NCBI GenBank assembly: GCA_016839945.1
Contig: JAEOTE010000114.1
Span: 1 to 32,564, forward strand
Direction: 5' to 3'
DNA: 32,564 nucleotides
Origin: Candidatus Heimdallarchaeota archaeon
Lineage (GTDB): Archaea; Asgardarchaeota; Heimdallarchaeia; Heimdallarchaeales; Heimdallarchaeaceae
The notes beneath the pieces were generated by a model. That model was not told the origin of the DNA and ran no database searches. It saw nothing but the letters and a program-made list of their open reading frames with translations. Of the stretch, positions 17,766 to 26,456 are shown in pieces; the first letter of the stretch is position 1; every line of letters begins with the position of its first letter. The position numbers and the translations under genes are program-made.

Positions 17766-18692
17766 ATGAGAGTTCTTATCTATGGTGCTGGTGCTATAGG
17801 AAGCTTTTATGCTGCACAATTATTTACAGCTGGATATGATGTAACAATTCTAGCAAGAGGAAAAAGACTTGAAGATATTAAAAAGCATGGTGTCGTAATT
17901 GATCATTTTTTTCAAAAACAACAAACTGTTACCAATGTTCCTGTTATTGAAAGACTTGAAAATAATGATGTTTATGATTTTATATTTGTAATAATGCAAA
18001 AAAACCAAACATATGAAATACTTCCTAATCTTAAGGAAAACAGATTTTGTAATAATATAGTTTTTTTTGGAAATAATGGAAAGGGAGGGGAGGAATATAT
18101 TGAATCTTTAGGCAAAGAAAGAGTCATACTAGGTTTTCCATCTATTGGTGGAAAAAGAGAAGGTCATAAAATTATCGTAGCATACAGTGAAAATAGTTCT
18201 ATTACAATAGGAGAATTAGACGGTATAGTAAGTAGAAGACTAGTTGACATAGCAACTATGTTTGATAGAGCAGGTTTGATTGTAAAGACTTCAGATGACA
18301 TTGATTCTTGGTTAAAATATCACATAGCATTAGTGAGTCCTCTAGCTAATGGCATACATATGGCTAAAAAGAATAATTTTGAACTCATACACAATAAAGA
18401 AGCAATGTTACTAATGATTAAAGCTATAAAAGAGGGTTTCAAAGTATTAAAAAAACTCAAATTTCCGATTCGTCCTAAGAGAATGAGAACACTTCATTAT
18501 TATCCCAACTTTGTGATTATTCGTATATTGAAAAGAACAATTGGTACTGAGGTTGGTAAACTTGTATTAAGAGAACATGCAATTACAGCTAAAGAAGAAA
18601 TGAGAAAAATTGCTGATGAATTTCAAGAATTAATTAAAGAATCTGGGATGATAACACCATCAATAAACGAACTAGTCGAATATATCAAATAA
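17766..18692 (+). CDS. Ketopantoate reductase (PanE/ApbA) family protein
   Basis: RVLIYGAGAIG, DVTILARG, ITIGELDG and the C-terminal TP..NEL. The active-site region is divergent (WLKYH). Confidence 0.85.
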   Translation: MRVLIYGAGAIGSFYAAQLFTAGYDVTILARGKRLEDIKKHGVVIDHFFQKQQTVTNVPVIERLENNDVYDFIFVIMQKNQTYEILPNLKENRFCNNIVFFGNNGKGGEEYIESLGKERVILGFPSIGGKREGHKIIVAYSENSSITIGELDGIVSRRLVDIATMFDRAGLIVKTSDDIDSWLKYHIALVSPLANGIHMAKKNNFELIHNKEAMLLMIKAIKEGFKVLKKLKFPIRPKRMRTLHYYPNFVIIRILKRTIGTEVGKLVLREHAITAKEEMRKIADEFQELIKESGMITPSINELVEYIK

Positions 18693-18694
18693 TA

Positions 18695-19225
18695 TCATGA
18701 CTTCTTCATCATTTTTCTTTTAATGAGTTTAATAATTCCCAGTAATGGATTTAAGCTTGGAACCTCAAACATGTACTTTTCATATTCATCACCAAATTTC
18801 TCAATTAAATCTATATTAGCTGATAATGCATCTATATGAGTTACTGGAATAACTGGAGCAAATAAGATAATTACAACCCAATGCTGAGAGATAAACGCAA
18901 AAGCTAAACTTATTAAAATTCCAGCAAAATATTGAGGATGTCTTATAATAGAGAATATACCAGTTTTAACTATTTTCTGAGTTTTCATATATATTTCACC
19001 TTTCTCTACGCTTCCCTTTCTTCGAAATTCTATTACAGGTAAAATACCAAAAATACCAGACAATCCTAGTATTGAGTAACCAGTAATTGCTAGAGCATCT
19101 ATTTCATAATAATTGTGCCACAAAACAAACGTCAGAACAATCTGAGTAATAAGACATATTATTAAAATTGTAACAGGCAAAAATTGTCTCATTTGTAGAA
19201 GTTTCTTTTGTTTTACGTGATTCAT
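18695..19225 (-). CDS. Isoprenylcysteine carboxyl methyltransferase/PEMT family membrane methyltransferase
   Basis: TM helices with TGIFSIIRHPQY and LIEKFGDEYEKY...VP. Confidence 0.88.
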   Translation of the reverse strand: MNHVKQKKLLQMRQFLPVTILIICLITQIVLTFVLWHNYYEIDALAITGYSILGLSGIFGILPVIEFRRKGSVEKGEIYMKTQKIVKTGIFSIIRHPQYFAGILISLAFAFISQHWVVIILFAPVIPVTHIDALSANIDLIEKFGDEYEKYMFEVPSLNPLLGIIKLIKRKMMKKS

Positions 19226-19346
19226 CTCTATGTACTTTGTATAGATGTATTTAAACTGTATTCTATATAACTCAATTTAGTTATTCTAGAAATTATAAGA
19301 GAAGACATAAAAGGTCTGAAAGAAGAATTAAAAGGAGTTAATAATT

Positions 19347-20168
19347 CTACATATTTATTTTTCCCACTGGTGCAAGATATACAGTAAATTCATCTTCTCC
19401 ATCTAATTCAAGCACTTTATCTACAATTTCTTGATTATATGCAGCAATTGCACAAGTTCCCAAGCTAAGTGCACCGCAAGCTAGATAGAGATTTTGACAT
19501 ATGTGACCAGCTTCTATCGCAATAACTTTGAATGAAGGGATACTGTAACGCCATTCCATTCGATAAGGATTGGCTACCCAGACGAAAATTACATTTCCTT
19601 TCAAGATAAATGGTTGATAGACTAGTTTCTTTAAACCTCCTACATCAGAATCTTCAAATGATTGTTCAAAAAGCAATTTCGTATCTTCCTCATTATATGG
19701 CTTCTCAAAAAGCAATTTGTGTTCAATACCAAGATATCTATAAACTCCAGGCTCCAATCCTTCAACTCTTAAAACAATAAGATATGTTTCAAATGGATGT
19801 CTTGATCCTCCGGAAGGAACAGGTTTCTTTACTGAAGCACCATGATGTTTATCTATTTTGAATACACCTTGAGTTGACCATAAAAGGAAAGATAATTCTT
19901 CTAGAGTCATTATTTCTTCATTATACACTCTAATGCTTTTTCTACCCTCAAGAGTTTCAAATAAGGAAGCTTCTTTACCAACAGAAATATTATCTATAGG
20001 TACTAAATCGATAAGTTTTCCATCCTTTGGATAAGGTTTCTGCAAAGGAGGATTAGGAACTTTTTTCTTTTGATCTGTTTGAAAGCCTTCAGGAAATTTC
20101 TCTATATCATCATCAAAAACCTTCACCAGACGACGATACTTTAGTATCGTTTCTCTATCAAATGTCAT
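19347..20168 (-). CDS. SagB/ThcOx-type nitroreductase family flavoprotein
   Basis: RKSIRVY, LSFLLWSTQG, PSGGSRHPFETY and EAGHICQNLYL. Confidence 0.92.
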   Translation of the reverse strand: MTFDRETILKYRRLVKVFDDDIEKFPEGFQTDQKKKVPNPPLQKPYPKDGKLIDLVPIDNISVGKEASLFETLEGRKSIRVYNEEIMTLEELSFLLWSTQGVFKIDKHHGASVKKPVPSGGSRHPFETYLIVLRVEGLEPGVYRYLGIEHKLLFEKPYNEEDTKLLFEQSFEDSDVGGLKKLVYQPFILKGNVIFVWVANPYRMEWRYSIPSFKVIAIEAGHICQNLYLACGALSLGTCAIAAYNQEIVDKVLELDGEDEFTVYLAPVGKINM

Positions 20169-20228
20169 TAAAGTATAGTTATCTATAGAGTTTATAAGAT
20201 TAGTTGATTCTTTTGAAAAAAGGGAGTA

Positions 20229-20732
20229 TTAAGAGATTATTTTCTCATAGAAACAACTCTCATTGTGAGTTGCTACGAGTACATAATCTAATGATTCATA
20301 TAATCCTCGAGCTGCTGTATTGATATCTATTACATGCAAAGCTATAATTCTATATCCTTGTTTTTTAGACCATTCTTCCGCTTTTATCATTAGAGGTCTT
20401 GCGTGACCTTGACCTCTGAACTCTTGTAAGATATGTAAATTGTAAATCCATATGAGTTTCTCTTCAAATCTCCAGAAAGGTTCTCTTTTTGCTAACCAAA
20501 TTAATCCTGCTCTTTTTTCTTCATCATTTTCAATTAAAAAGATTTGATGTTCTGGTTCTTTGATATCAATTGGATCACTTTTTTCAAATTCTTCATATTT
20601 TAATCGAAGTTCTTCTTCCGTATATTGATTCACATCTTTTATGGTTGTTACATAGGATTCATAATTTAGTTTATCAAAAAACGCTACATCTTCAGAATTT
20701 TCTTTATCCATCTCTCGAATCTTAAATACCAT
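20229..20732 (-). CDS. GNAT N-acetyltransferase
   Basis: WIYNLHI..EFRGQGHA and LHV..NTAARGLYESLDY. The start is ATG 20732 (alternative GTG 20741). Confidence 0.9.
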   Translation of the reverse strand: MVFKIREMDKENSEDVAFFDKLNYESYVTTIKDVNQYTEEELRLKYEEFEKSDPIDIKEPEHQIFLIENDEEKRAGLIWLAKREPFWRFEEKLIWIYNLHILQEFRGQGHARPLMIKAEEWSKKQGYRIIALHVIDINTAARGLYESLDYVLVATHNESCFYEKIIS

Positions 20733-20819
20733 TGCAATCACGTAGGTTTTCAGAAAAAAATGACATCTGTACTTATATAACTATGCAAATAGAGATGTAA
20801 AAGAAAAAAAAGAAGGATT

Positions 20820-22865
20820 TTATAATTGTATTTCTATCCAATATGCGGGATGATCTGATTGACCTTTTTCTATATATTGTGAGTCCAAAACTATCATTCC
20901 TGGACTTAAGAAAATATGATCGATAGCATTATATTCATCATCATCTGGGTCTATACCTGAGAGATTGATTGCAGCTGTTCCATAGAATTGTACATAAGAA
21001 TCCTCCAAACCTGCAGTTATAGTAGTAATGTTGTATTCAACTGAATAAGGTCGAAAATTAAAATCACCCATAAAGATAACATTTGTTAAGCCAGTTAATC
21101 TACTTACCATTTCTTCTTGTTGATAGATGGTTGTTTGATCTTCATCTCCTGATGGGTGGTTGACAAAGACATTGAAGATTGTTGTTCCAACTGTTATTTG
21201 TGCTTGAGCAGATCCAATTTGCTCTTCATCACTGTACATAAAGAAAGATTCTGCATTTGAAATAGGGAATTTTGATAGAATTGCGCATCCATAAGTATTC
21301 GTTACGGTTTTAGGACCATAATAAGAATACATGTTCAAACGAGATGCCAAATATCTAACAACATCCGAGTTTCCTCCTCCTATTCTTGTTGGATCGCATT
21401 CTTGAAGACCAATTATATCGGGGTCAAGATCTCTTATTAGTTGGAGTTGACCATCATAGTTTCTATCTCCAGACACATTTACTCCTTGTTGAATATTATA
21501 AGTTAGGATTACTAGAGAAGTTTTACCTGATGCGGAATAATTAGGTGAAGGGGTAGTTATAATAGCTCCTACTATTGTTCCAATAAAGATTAGACTAAAA
21601 ATTGATGAGATTATTATTTTCGAACTAATAGTTCTTTCAATCTTTTCATAGCTTAGCGTTGATTTTTTCACCAAAAGAACTGCCAAGGAAACTAACAAAC
21701 TAGGTATAAAGAAAGCTATCCAATACATGTCTCTAAAACCAAAAGAAATTGGAGGAAGATATCCCCAAACATTAGGCAGAACCTGCACAAAAATCATTAT
21801 TATAATAAAAATACTACAAATCAAGAAACTCCCACCAATTTTGATGGGTTTTGTTTTTGTTTTAATTAATTCTTTTGTGAGGAACTTGAAATCGATGTAT
21901 ATTATTGGTGATGTTATAATTGCTATTGCAAGAGGTATATGATAATACCAAGCTGTTGCAGGTGCTTCCAGAGGATATGCACTTGGAACTTTAGGGAAAA
22001 AGATTTGATGTATGAGAATTGTTACTGTAAGCGATAATCCAAACACACCATTCCATGTCCAGATCATCCAATCTTTGAGTTTATTAGATATATCTGGTTT
22101 CCATAATGAAACCGCTATGAACACTCCAATCATAAACATTATACCAATAACAATTCCTATGTAATTTCCTTCAGTCCATCTAGAGATTACTGTAGGACTC
22201 ATGAAGACAAACCAAATTAAGATAAATATATTAATCAAACCCATTGAAAGTCCCAAAATTTTCCAAAAACTTGATTCAACCTTTGATTCTTTTGTTTCTT
22301 CTTTTATTTTGGTAGAATTTTGCCTATTATCAAGGAATAGTACAATCATAATAAGTGCTGCAATTATTCCTAGAATCCAACCAATAATCTGATACCACAA
22401 GTATTGTGATATATCTAATGATGCATTAGCGGTTCTAAATAGGATTGACAAAGCTACTCCTATTGCTAATCCGATTCCTAAATCTTTGCTTATTCTATTC
22501 TCTTTACCTCTTGATTTTGCTAAAAAGGAAGGCAAAATCACTAAAAAGCAACCAACAGATAATCCCGACATTATGTAATTCATTTGTCTTACCATTAGAG
22601 GTTCCAACAATCTAGCAACAATCATGATTTCACCTAAGATTAGTAGCATAATATTGGGGATGTTTTTTCTGAAAAATAAAAGTACCAAAGGTGTAAGTAA
22701 AAAGACTAATCCGAGAATGTTTTCATCAGGTTCTAGATTAAGCAAAGCATAAGCATATATCCTTTCCACCAAATCTGATAATGTTTGAAAGAAAAACAAA
22801 AACAGAATTGAAAAAAGAACAATAATGGAATATTTTTCTCTGAGAATTTTCTTTACTGTGTCCAT
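20820..22865 (-). CDS. Multipass membrane protein with a C-terminal endonuclease/exonuclease/phosphatase domain, CWH43/PGAP2IP-like
   Basis: About 13 hydrophobic segments, then TYNIQQG, DIIGLQE, AILSKFPI, VNH, GDFN, IDHIF and SDH. Confidence 0.88.
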   Translation of the reverse strand: MDTVKKILREKYSIIVLFSILFLFFFQTLSDLVERIYAYALLNLEPDENILGLVFLLTPLVLLFFRKNIPNIMLLILGEIMIVARLLEPLMVRQMNYIMSGLSVGCFLVILPSFLAKSRGKENRISKDLGIGLAIGVALSILFRTANASLDISQYLWYQIIGWILGIIAALIMIVLFLDNRQNSTKIKEETKESKVESSFWKILGLSMGLINIFILIWFVFMSPTVISRWTEGNYIGIVIGIMFMIGVFIAVSLWKPDISNKLKDWMIWTWNGVFGLSLTVTILIHQIFFPKVPSAYPLEAPATAWYYHIPLAIAIITSPIIYIDFKFLTKELIKTKTKPIKIGGSFLICSIFIIIMIFVQVLPNVWGYLPPISFGFRDMYWIAFFIPSLLVSLAVLLVKKSTLSYEKIERTISSKIIISSIFSLIFIGTIVGAIITTPSPNYSASGKTSLVILTYNIQQGVNVSGDRNYDGQLQLIRDLDPDIIGLQECDPTRIGGGNSDVVRYLASRLNMYSYYGPKTVTNTYGCAILSKFPISNAESFFMYSDEEQIGSAQAQITVGTTIFNVFVNHPSGDEDQTTIYQQEEMVSRLTGLTNVIFMGDFNFRPYSVEYNITTITAGLEDSYVQFYGTAAINLSGIDPDDDEYNAIDHIFLSPGMIVLDSQYIEKGQSDHPAYWIEIQL

Positions 22866-22912
22866 AAAGATAAAGAAAAAAACACTTCTTTAAAAAACTA
22901 ATTTCGAAATTA

Positions 22913-25084
22913 TTAGAAAAACTTCTGTTCAGCTTTTCTTTCCAAAGTTGTTTTTACAGAGAAATCTAATGTCGTAGGAGTTTTTACTGCTTCCATTAAG
23001 GATGTCCATAACATTTTTGATTTTTTAACTGATTCAACAAATTCATTGAGTTTGTTTAAAGCTTCAAATGAATTTCCTTTATACACATAGGTAAAAAGTA
23101 TTGATTCTTGTACATTTATTATAAGAGTGTAATCTTGATACTTTATTCTTTCAATATGTCCTGTAGATTCAAATATTTCAGAAGCAAATGAGTTTATAGC
23201 TGCTAAAAATCCTCCAATTAAAGCTCCATCTAATTTTGTCAGTTCTAGGAATTTTTGAGTAAAAATTGTTTGACCATCTTTGTTAAGCAAAATAAGCATA
23301 ACAGGTCTTTCTTGTTCAAGATCTTGAATATCAAATTCTTCATTTCTAATTATTTTAACTAGAACTTTGTCGAAGTTTGTTAGATGAAGTCTTTCTGACA
23401 GAGAAGCTTCCTTTTGTAAAATAGCATTCCATTTATCCATCTGACTAATTAACTCATCATGCTCTTTCGAAATCTTCAAAGCTAATCTATGTAGGTCTTT
23501 TTCTTCAGCAATTAATTGAGCTTGAATTAGTAAACTTTTCGCTTCATTTAGATCTAAATCAATTAAAGCAAGTTGAGATTTAAGCCAATATGTCTCAGCC
23601 ATTAATGCAAAGGAATATTGTTTCTTCGCTATTTCAAACAATTGGTCAATAAGAGTTCTCAATTCATTAAAAACATCTTGGTCTCCCATTATCCTAAGTT
23701 CTTCAAGAAGGAGATCACAAAGATTCAAATATGCAATAGTAGTAATAGTATGATCAATAACTTCTTCTTCTATTACGCTTCTTAGTAGTTCTTCTGCCTT
23801 AGCTCTTTTTGGTGTTCTTGAACTTGTTTTAAGAAAAAGAGCTTCAGCGATATTATACTTCTGATTAATTAATTTATTATCTTGCTTTTCTTTTATTTGT
23901 TCCAATTTCTCATGATAAGATTTAGCTTTTTCTAACAATCCTTTATCAAGAGATAAAATAATCAGATAAAACAAGGAACCTGCAGCACCAGTAAAACTTT
24001 TCTCTTTTTCTCTTAATTCGAAGCTTTTTGTAAAAAGTTCAGTTGATTTCTCATAATCTCCTTTCGAGTAATATATGATACCCATGCTTTGGTAAGTAGC
24101 TGCAAGACCATTTAGAAAATTTAGTTCTGCAAAATGGAATTTGCTTTGTTTTAGATATTCTAAAGCATCATCTAATTCTCCTCTAGTTCTATATATTGAT
24201 GAGATATTATACAAACAGGCTGCAACCATATGTTTGTTATCTACTTCTTTTGCTTTCTTCATAGCGTTGAAATAGTAGTCTAAGGAAGAATTTAGCATTC
24301 CTTTTTGTTGATATATATTGCCTATATTCATGCTGGTTATTGCAGAAAAATCCTTATTTTCGTAATCCTTTGATATTTCATAGCTATTAACATAGTAAGC
24401 TAAAGATTCATCAATATGGCCTTTGTTACTATATATAATTCCTAATCTGTTAAGGGTTTGAGCCATATAGAATTTATTTCCTATTGATTTTCTTATATCC
24501 AAACTTTGTTTGAGTAGTTTAGTAGCTTTTTTGAGATTATTATGGTATATGTACATGGCTATTCTATCTATCGTTTTTGCAGTTTCCAACTCATTTTCGA
24601 TTTCTTTGCTTAAAGATAAACTTGCGTTTAGATTTTCTTCTGTTGCTTCTTGATCTCCTGTAGCCCTATTACAAATACCTTTCATTCTTAGTAGTTGTGC
24701 TTTCCTAAGTTTATACTCTCTACTATTTTGTTCAAGAATTTTTTCAAGAACTGATTCAATTTCTATGATTAGATCAAGCGCTTCTTTGAAATCACCCATG
24801 AAAATTAAAGTTTCAGCAACTAGAATTATTGTATCATTTTCTATTATCACATCTTTTGTTCTTTGGCTTTCCCTTTTTAATGCATCAGATATTTTTAATG
24901 CTTCTTGATATTTACCTAAATCCATTTTGATTCGGATTCTAACAAGATTGATTTTCATTTTAGAAATATCATCAAGATTCTCCCATTTTTCTAAAGCTTC
25001 AATCATATCAAGAGCTTCAAAGTACATTCCTTTGATTACCGAATTCTCTATTCTTTCAAGCTCTGATGATATTTCCAAAGACAC
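22913..25084 (-). CDS. Tetratricopeptide repeat protein with a C-terminal longin-like domain
   Basis: Repeats of the type A..LN.LG.IY..KG..D.AL.Y. The C-terminus reads LILLNKDGQTIF...LIGGFLAAINSFASEIF...IERIKY. Confidence 0.88.
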   Translation of the reverse strand: MSLEISSELERIENSVIKGMYFEALDMIEALEKWENLDDISKMKINLVRIRIKMDLGKYQEALKISDALKRESQRTKDVIIENDTIILVAETLIFMGDFKEALDLIIEIESVLEKILEQNSREYKLRKAQLLRMKGICNRATGDQEATEENLNASLSLSKEIENELETAKTIDRIAMYIYHNNLKKATKLLKQSLDIRKSIGNKFYMAQTLNRLGIIYSNKGHIDESLAYYVNSYEISKDYENKDFSAITSMNIGNIYQQKGMLNSSLDYYFNAMKKAKEVDNKHMVAACLYNISSIYRTRGELDDALEYLKQSKFHFAELNFLNGLAATYQSMGIIYYSKGDYEKSTELFTKSFELREKEKSFTGAAGSLFYLIILSLDKGLLEKAKSYHEKLEQIKEKQDNKLINQKYNIAEALFLKTSSRTPKRAKAEELLRSVIEEEVIDHTITTIAYLNLCDLLLEELRIMGDQDVFNELRTLIDQLFEIAKKQYSFALMAETYWLKSQLALIDLDLNEAKSLLIQAQLIAEEKDLHRLALKISKEHDELISQMDKWNAILQKEASLSERLHLTNFDKVLVKIIRNEEFDIQDLEQERPVMLILLNKDGQTIFTQKFLELTKLDGALIGGFLAAINSFASEIFESTGHIERIKYQDYTLIINVQESILFTYVYKGNSFEALNKLNEFVESVKKSKMLWTSLMEAVKTPTTLDFSVKTTLERKAEQKFF

Positions 25085-25194
25085 ATGAATACCCTCTAAT
25101 CATATAAAACTATTTTTTTGCATATATTTGATCTCTTAATAAAAGAGAAGGAAACGAACTTAAATTATTATTCATTCATACAACTTCAACGATT

Positions 25195-25956
25195 CTATCT
25201 GGGAGAAGCTAACAATCTCTTAATTTCATTTACAACTAACGACAAGAACTCTCCAGCTTTTACTCCAAGCTTGATATCTGCTATTGAATCTAAACCTGTT
25301 GGATCTATATTAAGAATTATTAATTTAGCTCCATTTTGTTTAGCTAATTTAGGTAAGTGAGCAGCTGGAAATACGGATAAACTTGATCCAATTACTAGCA
25401 TTAAATCACAATTAGCAGAATGTTCTTTAGAAATACTTACTTCTTTATCTGGCATAGGTTCATTGAAATTAACCACAGATGAAATAATTCTCCCTTGACA
25501 GATTTTACATACTGGTTGACCTAGTGCTTCAGATTCTGATCTAGAACCTCTTCCATGAACCTCTCTATTCCAACCTATTTCATTTCTACCAAATCTCGAA
25601 TCACAATCTAAACACTTCATAAGAGTATAATTTCCATGCAATTCAGCTAACATTTCAGGCTTTATTCCTGATTTTAAATGTAGATTATCAACATTCTGTG
25701 AAATTAAAAATTTCATAATTCCCATGTTTTGAAGTTCAACTAAAGCTAAATGCGCGGAATTCGGTTCAACTTCATCAAAATGCTTTGATTTCTTAGGGGG
25801 AAGACCTTTATCTCTTCTCGTCCAGATGCCATCTTTTCCTCTAAAGTCTGATAAACCTGATTCAGTGCTTATTCCTGCCCCTGTGAAAACCACAAAATAT
25901 TCCGAATCTACGATTTCTTTTGCAATTATATTAATATCATTCTTTGAGTAAGTTAT
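25195..25956 (-). CDS. NAD-dependent protein deacylase, Sir2 family (class IV/SIRT6-like)
   Basis: TGAGISTESG..DFRG, SQNVDNLH, ELHGN, a CxxC...CxxC zinc site and GSSLSVFPA. The frame extends 21 codons upstream of GTG 25893 to ATA 25956. Confidence 0.93.
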   Translation of the reverse strand: MTYSKNDINIIAKEIVDSEYFVVFTGAGISTESGLSDFRGKDGIWTRRDKGLPPKKSKHFDEVEPNSAHLALVELQNMGIMKFLISQNVDNLHLKSGIKPEMLAELHGNYTLMKCLDCDSRFGRNEIGWNREVHGRGSRSESEALGQPVCKICQGRIISSVVNFNEPMPDKEVSISKEHSANCDLMLVIGSSLSVFPAAHLPKLAKQNGAKLIILNIDPTGLDSIADIKLGVKAGEFLSLVVNEIKRLLASPR

Positions 25957-26112
25957 AGTTTATCACCTTTTGATGTTCTTTAAATCACATTTGAAATTTC
26001 AGTCTTTTTATTTATTTAAAATTTTAGGAAATTAAAACTATAGCTCTTAGTGAGGATTATGAAATAGATTTAAATAATTCCAGAATTAACACTTATAACA
26101 TAACTAGATAGT

Positions 26113-26133
26113 AGTTATTATTGAATAATAACT
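26113..26133. promoter_or_regulatory. Perfect 10-1-10 palindrome, a putative operator upstream of dodecin
   Basis: agttattatt-g-aataataact lies between a TATA-like cttataa (26092-26098) and a gagg RBS. Confidence 0.6.
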
Positions 26134-26145
26134 GAGGTTAGTTAA

Positions 26146-26364
26146 ATGGAAGATGAAAAAACCTATAAATTAATTGAGCTAGTAGGAAGTTCTCCAAATA
26201 GCTGGGAAGAAGCTGTTCAAGGAATTGTTGCTAAAGCATCTAAATCAATAAGAGATTTAAGAGTGGTAGAAGTACTAAAATTAGATGTAAGGCTTGAAGA
26301 TGGCATGATTAAGGCTTATAGAGCAAGAGTCAAAGTCAGCTTTAAACTAGAAGAAGACGAATAA
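26146..26364 (+). CDS. Dodecin family protein
   Basis: YKLIELVGSSPNSWEEAV...ASKSIRDL and YRARVKVSFKLE, in a 72-aa protein. Confidence 0.93.
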   Translation: MEDEKTYKLIELVGSSPNSWEEAVQGIVAKASKSIRDLRVVEVLKLDVRLEDGMIKAYRARVKVSFKLEEDE

Positions 26365-26456
26365 CCTGATAGTTTCTTTATGTGAGTAAAAACTAGCACA
26401 ATTTCTACTTTATTTTTTTCTCTATAATCTACTCATAAGAACGAAAGCATATTGAA

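Noticed and set aside
18695-19225. ICMT-like gene as evidence of protein prenylation
   Set aside because: The family is widespread in prokaryotes with other substrates, and no prenyltransferase is nearby.
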